Source of the DNA: Myxococcales bacterium
Lineage (GTDB): Bacteria; Myxococcota_A; Polyangia; Haliangiales; Haliangiaceae
Reading direction: 5' to 3'
Assembly (NCBI GenBank): GCA_016708565.1
Contig: JADJFN010000001.1
Span: 348,863-412,862 of the forward strand
Length of the DNA: 64,000 bases
Shown: piece by piece, positions 1 through 16,272 of the stretch
Layout: every line of letters begins with the position of its first letter
Position numbering within the stretch: the stretch's first letter is position 1
Made by a program: the position numbers and the translations under genes
The notes under the pieces: generated by a model
What the model saw: the letters and a program-made list of their open reading frames with translations, nothing else
The model's database searches: none
Told to the model about the DNA's origin: nothing

Positions 1-2294
1 TACAGGCGCTCGAGGTCCTCGCCGACCTTGGCCTCGAGCGCGGCCTTGCCGGGCAGGCCCGGGGCCTTGAACGCGTCGAGCACGTCGCGCAGGTCGGCGA
101 TGCCGGCGATGCGCGAGCTGATCTGCTCGCTGCACTCGAACGGGTACGAGACCAGGTACAGGAACGCGTCGGTCAGCGCCTGCAGCTGGGTCGAGGAGGT
201 CTCGACCTGGAGGCCGCCGAACTGCGTGACCACCTGGCCGGGCAGCGCGACCGGCTGCTTGATCGCGCCGTCGTCGATCTGGCCGTAGGTGGCGAAGGCC
301 TCGGTGGTGGCCGGCGTCCAGACCGGCAGCGCGACCTCGGCGGCGTCGGAGCCGGCGCTGGCCGTGCCGACGATCTGGAAGCGCGCGGTGCCGGCCAGCG
401 CGGCGGCGGCCGGGAACCGGACCTCGACGCGATCGTTGGCGGGCACGGTGACGCGCTTGCCGCTGCCGGCGGTGAGCGTGGCGTTCGACGCGCGCACCGC
501 GACGTCGACCGCGAGCGGCGCGTCGGTCTGGTTCTGCACCACGACCGGCAGCTCGAACTTGTCGCCGAAGTTGAGGAACCGCGGCGGCGACGGCCGCACC
601 ATCACCGGCAGCCGCGCCGTCAGCGCGCTCTCGCCCTTGCCGAACTGCTTGTCGCCGGCGACGGCGATCGCGATGAGGCGATAGCGCGTGAGGTTGTCGG
701 GCAAGGTCAGCGCGACGCTCGCGCTGCCGTCGGCGCCGGTCGTGACCTCGGGGGAGAACGCGGCCAGCGGGTTGATGTTGGTGCGCACCGCGATCGCCGG
801 CGGGGGCTGGCTGCCGCCGCCGCCCGGCGTGGTCGTCGAGGGGTCGGCCAGGGCGAGGCCGTCGACGACGTACTGGTTCTCGGCGCTCGACGAGCCGGAG
901 AACGACACGCCGGTCGAGTCGCCCTGGCTGCCGGCGGCGGCGCCGAGCGCGGACTCGAAGTTGCGGCCGCGCGTCGGGATGTTCTTGGTGAATTCGTCGG
1001 TGGGCTTCTGCGCGACCGCCAGCTGGTTGGCGTCGGGCTGCGCCAGCTTGACGAAGCCGCGCAGGCGGTGGTCGCTCGCGCCCATGTCGCGCCGCTGGTA
1101 GAAGGTGTCGATCGGGTTGGCGAACTGGTAGCCGGTGAGCGACAGCACCGCCTCGTCGACGGCGATCACCGCGACCTCGGCGCCGCTGACCGGCTTGCCG
1201 GCGGCGTCCTTGACCGTCACCGCGAGCGAGGTCTTGGCGCCGGGCGCCAGCTTGTCGGTCGGCGGCGCGATCGTCACCGCCAGCGTGCGGTGCTTGGGCG
1301 GCACCGACAGGTCGATGCTGCCGACGCCGTAGGCCGGGCGCTTGGGCAGCGCCGCGTCGGGCTGGCCGTCGTCGCCGACCCGCGCGCTCATGCCGATCAG
1401 ATCGACCTGGACGTAGAGGTTGGGCGTGAAGCCGTCGGTGATCGGCACCGTCAGCTTCTGCGTCGGGCCGGTCATCGTGAACCGGGTCGAGGTGACGATG
1501 CCCGAGCGGCGGACGCTCATGACGCCCTCGGCCGGGTAGAACGGCGCCTGCACCAACAGCTCGGCGGTGTCGCCCGGCTTGTACTCCTTGGCGTTGGGGA
1601 TGAGCGTGACCTGCTCCTCCTCGACGTCGCGGGCCGGCGGGGTCTTGCCGCCCGACACCCACACGGTCAGCTCGGTCGAGTTCTTGCGGCCCTGGTCGTC
1701 GGTGACCACGCCGGTGATGCGGTATTGGCCGCCCTCGGGCGTCTGGAACGAGCACAGCCCGGCGGCGGCGGCCGAGGTCAGCGCGCACGCCTGGACGTCC
1801 TCCTCGGTCTCGACGTACTTGCCCTTGTCGTACTTCCAGTCGAGCCGCACCGCCTGGACGTCGATGGCCTTGCCGACCACCGCCTTGCCGTCGAGATCGA
1901 CGTCGATCGCCTCGATCTCGATGGCCTGGCCCTTGTCGACGTACGGCTTCTTGGCGCGCATGCCGACGTAGTGCGCGGCCGGGTGCACCAGCAGCGTCGT
2001 CGACGCGTTCCACGCCTGGCGGTTGACGTCGGTGACCGCCGCGTTGGCGTTGACGCTCATCGGCACGGGCGGGTTGACGCCGAGGAAGTCGAGGTGCAGC
2101 ACGTGGGCGCCGGTGGCGTCGGTCTTGCCCTGGTGGTTCCAGCTCTGCGGCGCCTGGTAGCTCGGACCTTCGTCCCACCAGCGCCGGCCCCAGCCCCACC
2201 ACGGCACCCACTTGCCGAACGTGAAGTCGTCGCGGTTGGGCGGCGTGAACGTCGTCTCGCTCGCGGTCAGGTACCAGTTCACCTCGGCGCCGGC
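1..2294 (-). CDS. Alpha-2-macroglobulin family protein, C-terminal portion (partial; continues past the left edge of the window). It is in a different reading frame from the upstream part of the same gene.
   Basis: Translating the minus strand gives ...LYLVSYPFECSEQISSRIAGIADL... from nt 123-146. This is a thioester-region motif (P-F/Y-x-C-x-E-Q) typical of A2M/YfhM-type proteins. The frame stays open from about nt 2294 to the window edge with high GC3. The plus-strand ORFs listed over this stretch are rich in R, G and D and look spurious. Confidence 0.6.
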
Positions 2295-4774
2295 AGGCCG
2301 CCGCCGGCGAAGTAGCTGGCCTGGACCGTCACGTCGGCGCTGCCGCCGATCATCTTGATCGCGTCGTCGGCCTTGGCGCTGACCTCGTACTCGGGGCGGC
2401 GGAACTCCTGGATCTGGAAGCCGTGGTAGCCCGAGCCGCTGACCCGGCCCTTGGCCTCGAGCTGGATCGACGCGTAGCCGAGGTTGGGCGTCTTGGGCAG
2501 CGTGAACGCGAGGTCGAAGCCGCCGAGCGCGCTGACCTTGACGGTGCCCTTGGTGAGCTCGTTGCCGACGGGGTCGATGACCTTGTACGTCACCGACGAC
2601 ACCTGCCCGGCGATGCCGGCGACGTCGCCGCCCTCGCGGCCCTGGTGCACGCGCAGCCAGCCCTTGACGTGGACGTCCTCGCCCGGCCGGTACATCTGCC
2701 GGTCGTCGGTGATGTGCCACAGCAGCGAATCGGCGCGCTCCTGCTTGCGCCACTGCGGCTCGTCGGCCCAGTAGCCGTAGCCATCGGGCACGAACGCGAC
2801 GTCGTCGCCCTTCTTCGCGACTAGCATGCCGGCGCCGCCCTTGCGCTGCGCCGACAGCGCGATCACCGCGGTGCCGTCGTCGCCCGAGGTCGCCGTGAGG
2901 CCCCACGGCTCGATCGACAGCGCCGCGTCGGCGACCGGCGCGCCGTCGGCCAGCTTGTTGACCCACGCGTGCAGCTCGCCGGCGTCGACCGCGGCGTCGA
3001 CGCCCAGCCGGGTCGACTGCACCCACGCGATCAGCCGCGGCGGCTCGTAGCGCTCCTTCCACGGCGACGGCTCGATCACCGCGATCACGTGGCCGAGGCC
3101 GCTCTTCAGCGCGCCGGCCAGCTCGACCTTGGTCTCGGTCAGGTCGTCGGCCGCGCCCTTCACGCGCACCAGCGTGTCGACCACCTTCTTGCCGGGCAGG
3201 CTCGGCTTCTTCCGCTGCCACTGGTTCTCGAGGTAGTTGCCGTACGCGCCGTAGTCGCTCGGCGACACCTGGTACAGCTGCACCTTCAGCGCGTCGTAGT
3301 TGGTGGTGAACACGTCGAGCGTCGGCGTCCGCGCGCCCGGGTCCAGCACCACCAGCCCCGACGGGCCGTAGAAGTTCGGGTACGCCTTGCCGGTCTTCCA
3401 CGTGAGCGTCGCGTCCTTGCCCAGCGTCTGCCCGAATTGATCGAGCACGCCGCCCGACACCACCGTCTTGTAGGACGTCTGGCCCTTGGTCAGGCCTTGC
3501 ACCGTGAGGTAGTTGCCGTTGGCCAGCACCTGGCTGCGCTCGATCGTCGGCGCCGTCACCACCTGCGCCGCGTCGAAGCGATCGACGTCGAGCGGGTTGT
3601 TGAACTCGATCTGGAACGGCGCGCCCGGCGGGCACTCGCCCCAGCCGCACTCGGCGCGCACGATCTGGAGCGGCGGGTAGGTGTCGAAGCCGAAGCTCTG
3701 CCGATCCGGCGTCTTGTTGGGCCCCTCGGCCGACGGGGTGCCCGGGCCGATCGTCACCTCGACGTGGGTGTCCTTGGGGAACGCCTCGGTCGCGGCGAAC
3801 GCCAGCCAGCGGCCGTCCTGCTCGGCGGCCTTGGTCGCGTCGACCAGGCTCGTGAGCGTCTCGTGCTTGGCGATCTCGTCGGCGGTGAGCAGCCGCGCCG
3901 CGTAGGGCTTGCCCGCCGCGGTGATCTTGATCGTCGCCAGCACCGCGGCCGGATCGATCCGCTGATCGAAGCGCACGAACATCGGCGCGTCGAGCTGCTG
4001 TGGGCCACCACCCGGCCAGCTGGTCTCGACCCGCGGCGTCGGCGTCGTGAACGTGAACGTCTTGCCGGTGGCCAGCGCGTTGCCGGTCGCGCTCTTGGTG
4101 CCCTTGGCGATCTCGACCGTGTAGGTCGTCGCCTGAGGGAAGCGCACCGTCGGGTCGAAGATGATCGTCTTGGTGCTGAGCCAGCGCCAGCGCCCGGGCG
4201 GCGTCGGCGTGAGCTTGACCGGCACCACGCTCGCGGCGTCGTCCTGCGACGTCACCGCCACCATCGGCTGCGAGAACGTCAGCTGCAGCTGCGGCGCCAG
4301 CGGCACGTCGCCCTCGGGCGCCCACCGCAGGATCGTCAGCGGCTTGCCGGCGTCGTTGGTCGCCGGCGGCGGCCCCGCCTGCGGGTTCGGCACCGGGAAC
4401 GTGCCCTTGATCGTCTTGCCGGTCCGCGGCGGCGGCTGCGACCGGTCGCGCAGCGCGAACGCCTGGGTGTCATCGGGCTTCGCGCCGATCGGCGACACCC
4501 GATCCAGGATCGCCTTGGCCGCGGCGTCGGTGATCGGCTGGGTCGGCGGCAAGGTCGACCGGTCGGCCGCCGGCGCCCCGGCCTTGCCGTCGGACAGCCG
4601 CATCGTCAGCCCGGGCTTGCTGCTATCGAGCGTCAGCGCCCGCCCGGGGGTGACCACGCCGCTGCCGCCGCCGCCGGGTGGCTTGCTGCCGGCCCGCGGG
4701 CCGCACGATGCGAGGAAGGCGAGCAGGGTCGCGAGGGCGACGCCGCGGAGTGCAGGGCTGCGGTGGACCGGCAT
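2279..4774 (-). CDS. Alpha-2-macroglobulin family lipoprotein, N-terminal portion. It has a signal peptide with a LASC lipobox. The frame ends at a TGA at 2279-2281, while homology continues in another frame.
   Basis: An 831-aa ORF with a lipoprotein signal (MPVHRSPALRGVALATLLAFLASCG). The protein is large and rich in T, G, P and V, like a beta-sandwich (macroglobulin) domain protein. The downstream region encodes the A2M thioester segment. Codon usage is consistent with a real gene. Confidence 0.7.
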   Translation of the reverse strand: MPVHRSPALRGVALATLLAFLASCGPRAGSKPPGGGGSGVVTPGRALTLDSSKPGLTMRLSDGKAGAPAADRSTLPPTQPITDAAAKAILDRVSPIGAKPDDTQAFALRDRSQPPPRTGKTIKGTFPVPNPQAGPPPATNDAGKPLTILRWAPEGDVPLAPQLQLTFSQPMVAVTSQDDAASVVPVKLTPTPPGRWRWLSTKTIIFDPTVRFPQATTYTVEIAKGTKSATGNALATGKTFTFTTPTPRVETSWPGGGPQQLDAPMFVRFDQRIDPAAVLATIKITAAGKPYAARLLTADEIAKHETLTSLVDATKAAEQDGRWLAFAATEAFPKDTHVEVTIGPGTPSAEGPNKTPDRQSFGFDTYPPLQIVRAECGWGECPPGAPFQIEFNNPLDVDRFDAAQVVTAPTIERSQVLANGNYLTVQGLTKGQTSYKTVVSGGVLDQFGQTLGKDATLTWKTGKAYPNFYGPSGLVVLDPGARTPTLDVFTTNYDALKVQLYQVSPSDYGAYGNYLENQWQRKKPSLPGKKVVDTLVRVKGAADDLTETKVELAGALKSGLGHVIAVIEPSPWKERYEPPRLIAWVQSTRLGVDAAVDAGELHAWVNKLADGAPVADAALSIEPWGLTATSGDDGTAVIALSAQRKGGAGMLVAKKGDDVAFVPDGYGYWADEPQWRKQERADSLLWHITDDRQMYRPGEDVHVKGWLRVHQGREGGDVAGIAGQVSSVTYKVIDPVGNELTKGTVKVSALGGFDLAFTLPKTPNLGYASIQLEAKGRVSGSGYHGFQIQEFRRPEYEVSAKADDAIKMIGGSADVTVQASYFAGGGLPAPR

Positions 4775-4893
4775 CAGGGCCTGGAACGTACTCGCACGCG
4801 CGCCGGTCTGCGCACGGCATCGACGCGCGCTCGCCGATCACCGCGGCGGTGTGACGCGGGCGCCGCAACGCGGTGTCGCAGCCGGCCGGCGGG

Positions 4894-6198
4894 TCAACGC
4901 GGGGCAGGGGCTGGGGCGGGGACGGCGGCGAGCGCGACGTCGAGCGCCGCGTGCAGCTCGCCATCGACCAGCGCGAGCTGAGTCAGGCGCGTGGTGAGCG
5001 GGTGGCCGGCGATCGTGAGCTGGACGTGGGCGACGCGCCGGCGCGTGCGATCGAGCGAGCCGACCACGAGGTACTTGACCCAGGCCGCGGCGCTGATCAC
5101 CGGCGACGCGATCGCGCGCTCGAGGTCGCGGTCGAGCGCGGTCGCGCGCAGCTGGTCGCCCTCGAGGGCGATCGCGACCCGGACGCCGACCCGGAAGTAC
5201 GAGCAGCCGTCGCGCTCCTGCAGCACGTGGACCTTCCACGGGTGCGCGGGATCCTCGGCGACGTAGTCGAAGCGCGGCCGGAACGCGCCGCGCGGCGTCG
5301 GGGTCAGGCTGCGATCGTACCAGCGCGGCGCGCGGCCCGACGCGATCGCCCAGTTGGCCAGCTCGGCGACGGTGCTGGCGGCGACGGCGACGCCGACATG
5401 GTCGCCCGACGCGGGCGCGGTCGGCGCGCCGAGGCCGCCCCGGATCGGCAGGCCGGTGTGGATCTCGACCAGCAGCGCCGCGGGATCGGTCAGCGAGCGG
5501 ACCGCGACGTCGGCGACCGGCACGTCGGGGAGCTGCAGGCGCAGCCGGGCCACCTGGCCCAGCCGCACCAGCAGCAGATCGTGCAGGCCGCGGTACGCGG
5601 TGCCGGTGAGGTAGGTCGCGAGGCGGCTGACGGCGGCGTCGCGCAGCACCGGCGGTACGCGGCCGCGCGCCGCCGGCGGCAACCAGCGCTCGATCGCGGC
5701 GCCGAGCGCCGCGGCGGCGTCGGGCCCGAGCGTCGGCGCGATCGCCAGCAAGTCGGCGGGGCGAACCCCGAACGCGAGCGCGACGTCGCCGTGGGCGCGC
5801 TCGACCTCGGGCGCCAGCGCGACCTCGAGCGCCAGCGTGGCGATGGTGGCGTCGTCGTCGGCGATGGCGAGCGTCACCGCGAGCTGGACGTGGCCCGGCG
5901 CGCCCGGCCGCAGCGCGACCTGGTCGAGGCGCGCGCGCAACCCGCCCGGGACGACCAGCGCCAGCGGGCCGAGCTCGGGCAGCGCCAGCGGCGCGGCCCA
6001 CGGCGTCCGCGTCAGCAGCTCGGCGATCACCGCGTTGGCGCGGGCCAGCGGCACGGTGACGCGCACGTCGGGCGAGGGCGCGGTGGCCACCGCGCGGGCC
6101 GCGAGCGTCGCGCGGGCGGCGCGCACGTCGGCGCACCGCGAGCCACAGCCGGCCAGCGCCGCGGTCGTCGCGAGCAGGGCGATCAGGAGCGGGCGCAT
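4894..6198 (-). CDS. Hypothetical lipoprotein (signal peptide with a LAGC lipobox), directly upstream of the A2M gene on the same strand.
   Basis: A 434-aa ORF. The N-terminus MRPLLIALLATTAALAGCGS is a lipoprotein signal. The opposite-strand ORF 4873..6309 is rich in R, G and D and looks spurious. Confidence 0.5.
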   Translation of the reverse strand: MRPLLIALLATTAALAGCGSRCADVRAARATLAARAVATAPSPDVRVTVPLARANAVIAELLTRTPWAAPLALPELGPLALVVPGGLRARLDQVALRPGAPGHVQLAVTLAIADDDATIATLALEVALAPEVERAHGDVALAFGVRPADLLAIAPTLGPDAAAALGAAIERWLPPAARGRVPPVLRDAAVSRLATYLTGTAYRGLHDLLLVRLGQVARLRLQLPDVPVADVAVRSLTDPAALLVEIHTGLPIRGGLGAPTAPASGDHVGVAVAASTVAELANWAIASGRAPRWYDRSLTPTPRGAFRPRFDYVAEDPAHPWKVHVLQERDGCSYFRVGVRVAIALEGDQLRATALDRDLERAIASPVISAAAWVKYLVVGSLDRTRRRVAHVQLTIAGHPLTTRLTQLALVDGELHAALDVALAAVPAPAPAPR

Positions 6199-6284
6199 CG
6201 TGTGAATCTACGCGAGGCGCGGGGAGCGCGGCGGGCGACCCTGGTAGCATCGCGTGTCGATGATCACGGAACCGCGGGCCGCGC

Positions 6285-9703
<3,419 letters not shown>

Positions 9704-9707
<4 letters not shown>

Positions 9708-12700
9708 AGCGCACCTACGCGATCACCGTCTACGAGCGCAAGGTCGAGGGCACGCTGACCTGGACGCCGCTGGTGCCGCCGGGGTTGATCGCGGCGCTGA
9801 GCGGCAAGAGCGAGGTGCGGCTGCGCGAGCAGCTGGGCAAGCTGCTGGCCGCGGCGGTGCGCCAGGTCGAGCCCGAGCAGCACGAGCTGTTCGAGACCGC
9901 GCCCGGCACCCGGCTGCACCACGTGTCGCTGGATCTCAACCTGCGCGAGCGCGGGCGGGTCGGCGGGCGGTTCCCGCTGGTGCTCGAGCCGCGGTGGTTC
10001 ACCGACGCGCGCCAGCGGCTGCTCGCGTACCACCCGGCGGATCCCAGCGCGTGGTTCGACGCCGACGACGTCCACGAGGTCGAGCGGCTGGCGGCGCACT
10101 TCGCGCGCCAGGCGTGGGCCAGCGACGACGTCACCGCGCTCGAGGCCAAGAAGAGCGCGGCCAAGGAGCGGCTGATCACGGTGTCGTTCGACCTGGCGCC
10201 GCGGACGCTGCTCGATCGCGCCAAGGCCGCGGCCGAGGGCAAGCAGCGGGCCGGGCTGGCGCGGTCGGTGCGCCAGCACCTGGCGCAGCTCGGCGTCGAC
10301 CAGACCGCGCGCGCGATCGACGGCACCTTGCCGATGGGCGTGCCCCGGCCGGCCTACCGGGCCCAGCTGGCGCGGCTCCTGGGCGGGCCGCGGCCGCGCT
10401 CGACGGTGCTGGTGGGACGTCCGGGATCCGGACGCGCGACGTTGCTGGCGCGCTGGGTCGGCGATCGGCTCGAGGCCGACGGCTGGTACCTGCACCGCAA
10501 CGCCGATCGCGTGCACCGGGTGTGGCGGCTGTCGGGCAAGCGGCTGATCGCGGGCATGCAGTACTTCGGCGACTGGGAGGACCGGCTGCTCGATCTGGTG
10601 ACCGACGCCCGCGCCCACCGCGGCCTCCTGTGGTTCGACGATCTGCACCTGTTCGGGCGGCTGGGCGTGACCCGGCAGTCGGAGCGCTCGTTCGCCGACT
10701 TCTTCCGCGGCCCGGTGCAGCGCGGCGAGCTGACGATCGTCGCCACCGCGACCCGCGAGCAGCTGGCGCGGCTGGAGGACGACGCGCCGTCGTTCGCGCA
10801 GCTGTTCGCGCGGGTCGCGGTCGAGCCGACCGACGCCGCCGAGACCGCGGCGCTGATGCTGGCCGAGGTGCGCCGGCTCGAGGCCGAGCACCCGGTCGAG
10901 GTCCACCCGTTCACGCCGCGGACGGTCTACGAGCTGGCCACCAGCCTGTACCCGTGGACCGCGACGCCGGGCGGGCCGATCGACATGCTGCGCAAGCTGG
11001 TGGCCGCCGCCGGGCCGCGGCCGGCGCCGGGGGCGCGGCGGGCGCTGCCGCCCGAGGCCGCGGTGGCGCAGGCGGCGCGCGACACCGGCCTGCCCGAGCA
11101 CCTGATCACGCTCGACGCGCCGCTCGATCCGGCGGCGGTGACCGCGCACTTCGCGGCCCGGGTGATCGGCCAGGACGAGGCGGTGGCGGTGGCCACCGAC
11201 GTGGTGGTCAAGGTGCGCGCCGGGTTGACCGACCCCGGGCGGCCGCTCGGCGTGTACCTGTTCACCGGCCCCACCGGCACCGGCAAGACCGAGCTGGCCA
11301 CCGCGCTGGCCGAGTACCTGTACGGCGAGCGCCGCCGGCTGGTGCGGCTCGACATGAGCGAGCTGGCCGGCCCCGACGCGGTGGCGCGGCTGATCGGCGA
11401 CCGCTTCACGCCCGACGGCCTGCTCACCAGCCGGATCCGCGAGCAGCCGTTCGCGGTGGTGCTGCTCGACGAGATCGAGAAGGCCCACCCGTCGGTGCTC
11501 GGGCTGCTCTTGCAGCTGTTCGACGAGGGCCGGCTGACCGACGCCGGCGGCGAGGTCGCGAGCTTCCGCCACGCGGTGATCGTGATGACCTCGAACCTGG
11601 GCGCGCGGGTGCAGCAGCCGATCGGGTTCGGCGACTCGACCGAGGCCGTGCTCGGGCAGATCGCCAAGGCCGTGCGCGAGTTCTTCCCGCCCGAGCTGTG
11701 GAACCGCATCGATCGCGTGGTGCGGTTCCGGCCGTTGACCGCCGAGGTCGCGGCGCGGGTGGTCGACAAGGAGCTGGCCAAGCTCCTGGGCCGGCGCGGC
11801 CTGCGCGAGCGCGACGTCTTCGTCTACGCCGGCCGGGCGGTGCGCGAGCGCGCGGTGGCGCAGGCGTTCGATCCGCGGTTCGGCGCGCGCACGGTCAAGC
11901 GCTGGCTCGAGGAGCACGTCGCCGGCGCGCTGACCGAGGCGTTGACCGAGGCGCCGCCGGCGCGGATGACCGTGGCCCGGCTGCGCGAGGAGGCCGGCGC
12001 GATCGCGGTGACGCTCGAGCTGGTGCCCGAGGCGGTCGCGTGGGGCGGCGGCTTCCCGCTGATCGAGGCCCGCGAGCTGTCGGCGGCGGCGCTGGTGCCG
12101 GCGGCCGAGGCGATGGCCGATCGCATCGACGCGCTCCTGGCCACCGATCCGGTGGGGCGGGCGCTGGCCACGTTGCGGGCCCGGCCCGACGGCGAGCGCG
12201 GGCGGTACTTCGTCGAGCACTTCGCCGACGAGCTGGCGGCGCTGCGGACGACGCTGGTCGGCCGCCGCCGGGCCCGGCCGGGGCCGATCGCGCCCGAGGC
12301 CCACGAGGAGCACGACCTCGAGGCCTGGCCGCGCGAGGCCCACGTCGAGAAGAGCGGCGCGTGGTCGCAGCGCCGCGAGGTGCGCCGCTACGATCCGCGC
12401 TCCGGCGATCGCGCGCCCAAGGCCGCCGCCGGCCAGGCGGCGACGCTGGCGGCGCTGGCGCGCGCCGAGCTGCTGCTCGGCCACGTCGACGAGCTGGCCG
12501 ATCCCGACGCCCACGTCGTGACCGTGCTGGTCACGCCGGTCGGCGTGGTCGGCGGCGGGCCGCGGCCGCTGGGCTGGGGCCTGCTCGAGGCGCTGCGCGC
12601 GGTCGCCGATCAGGCGATGGCGCGCACCAAGGACGGCCGGATCGAGGCCTACCAGGCGCCGGCGGTCGGCCACGTGCAGCGCGCGTTCGCGGTGCGCGAT

Positions 12701-13068
12701 CTGTTCGCGCGCGCGGCGTTCACGCCCGAGCACGGCACCCACTTCTTCCAGTCGCTCACCGACGAGCCCGAGGTGTACCGGGTCGAGGTGCGGCCCGGCG
12801 ATCAGCCGCTGGCGCCGCTGCTGCGCGCGCACGCCGAGGCGCTGGCGGCGTTCGAGGCGGCGCAGGCCGCGGGCGTCGCCGGGCCGCCCAACCCCGAGGC
12901 GCTGCTGCCGGCGGTGCGGACGCTGGCGGCCGCGCCCGGGCAGCGGCCCGGCGAGGCGTTCGTCGCCGACGTCGAGGACTTCGTGATCGGCCTGGCGACC
13001 CGGCAGCACGCGGCCAGCCTGGCCGAGGTGGTGCGGGCGCTGTGGCACGTCCGCTGGAGCCACCGGCC

Positions 13069-13072
<4 letters not shown>
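9704..13072 (+). CDS. ClpA/ClpC-like AAA+ ATPase, paralog 2 of 3. D1 has a degenerate P-loop. There is a ~330-aa C-terminal extension.
   Basis: The GTG start at 9704 overlaps the upstream TGA (GTGA), which implies translational coupling. The D1 P-loop is degenerate: VLVGRPGSGRATLL, with Arg where Lys would be and Ala where Thr or Ser would be. The D1 Walker B is LLWFDDLHLF. D2 is canonical: YLFTGPTGTGKTELATALA, FAVVLLDEIEKAHP, MTSNLG and GARTVKR. An IGF tripeptide sits at the ClpP-loop position. Confidence 0.75.
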
Positions 13073-15339
<2,267 letters not shown>

Positions 15340-16197
15340 TCACCCGGGCAGCTCGGCGAGCAGCAGGTCGCGCAGCGCGCGCACCCGCGCCGGCAGCTGC
15401 GCGATCGGCGCCGACACCAGGTACAGCGGCGCGCTGGCCAGCGCGTACTCCGGCACCACCCGCGCCAGCTCGCCGCGCGCCAGCGGCCGCGCCGCGACGA
15501 ACGTGGGCAGGAGCGCGATGCCGGCGCCGGCCACCGCCAGCTCGGCCAGCGTGCCGAAATCGGCGCAGGCGATCGACGGCGGCCGCGGCCGCGACGCCGG
15601 CGCGAAGCTCTTGTGGCCGCGGGCGTCGGGCCACATGACCTCGTGGCCGGCGAACTCGGCGGCGCGCTTCGGCGTGCCGCGGCGGGCCAGGTAGGCCGGG
15701 CTGGCGAAGAACCCGGCGGTCAGCGCGCGCAGCCGCCGCGCCACCAGACCGCCGGCGCCGGGCCGCCCCAGCCGCAGCGCCAGATCGACGCCGCGGGTGA
15801 ACGGCACCAGCTGATCGGACAGCTCGAGGACCAGCCGCACCGCCGGGTAGCGCGCGCGGAAGCCGGGCAGGAGCGGCGCCACCAGCGCGCGCGCCAGCTC
15901 GGGCGTGGTGGTGAGGCGGACGGTGCCGGTCGGGATGGCGTGGGCCGCCGGCACCGCCCCGGCGGCGCGCTCGAGCTCGGCCAGCGGCGCGGCGACCTGG
16001 CGGGCCAGCGCCTCGCCCTCGGCGGTGGGCCGGACCGAGCGGGTGGTGCGCACGAACAGCCGCGCGCCGAGGTCGCGCTCGAGGGCGCCGATCACGCGGC
16101 TGACCCGGGTGCGATCGACGCCGAGCTCGCGGGCCGCGACGCTGAACGAGCCGGCGCCCGCGACCCGCGCGAAGACCGCGAGGTGGTTGAGATCCAT
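15340..16197 (-). CDS. LysR-family transcriptional regulator.
   Basis: The N-terminus MDLNHLAVFARVAGAGSFSVAARELGVDRTRVSRVIGALERDLGARLFVRTTRSV is a LysR-type helix-turn-helix. A LysR substrate-binding-like C-terminus follows. The ATG is at 16195-16197 on the minus strand. Confidence 0.8.
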   Translation of the reverse strand: MDLNHLAVFARVAGAGSFSVAARELGVDRTRVSRVIGALERDLGARLFVRTTRSVRPTAEGEALARQVAAPLAELERAAGAVPAAHAIPTGTVRLTTTPELARALVAPLLPGFRARYPAVRLVLELSDQLVPFTRGVDLALRLGRPGAGGLVARRLRALTAGFFASPAYLARRGTPKRAAEFAGHEVMWPDARGHKSFAPASRPRPPSIACADFGTLAELAVAGAGIALLPTFVAARPLARGELARVVPEYALASAPLYLVSAPIAQLPARVRALRDLLLAELPG

Positions 16198-16218
16198 TGA
16201 TGCGAGAGTCGCATCAAT
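16196..16218. promoter_or_regulatory. Perfect inverted repeat ATTGATGCGA-GAG-TCGCATCAAT (a LysR-type T-N11-A box). It overlaps the LysR start codon and lies in the divergent promoter region.
   Basis: Read directly in the sequence: 10-bp arms with a 3-bp spacer. It sits between the LysR gene (minus strand) and the lipoprotein gene (plus strand). Confidence 0.5.
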
Positions 16219-16272
16219 GACGTGCTGATTCCACGGATTGTCGCGGCGGCCGCGCGGCCGCATCGTGCCGTC

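Noticed and set aside
1068-2315. Plus-strand ORFs 1068..2315 (and 289..684, 688..1101) over the A2M region
   Set aside because: They are antisense to the A2M coding sequence, which contains the thioester motif. Their composition is R, G, D, L and V-rich.
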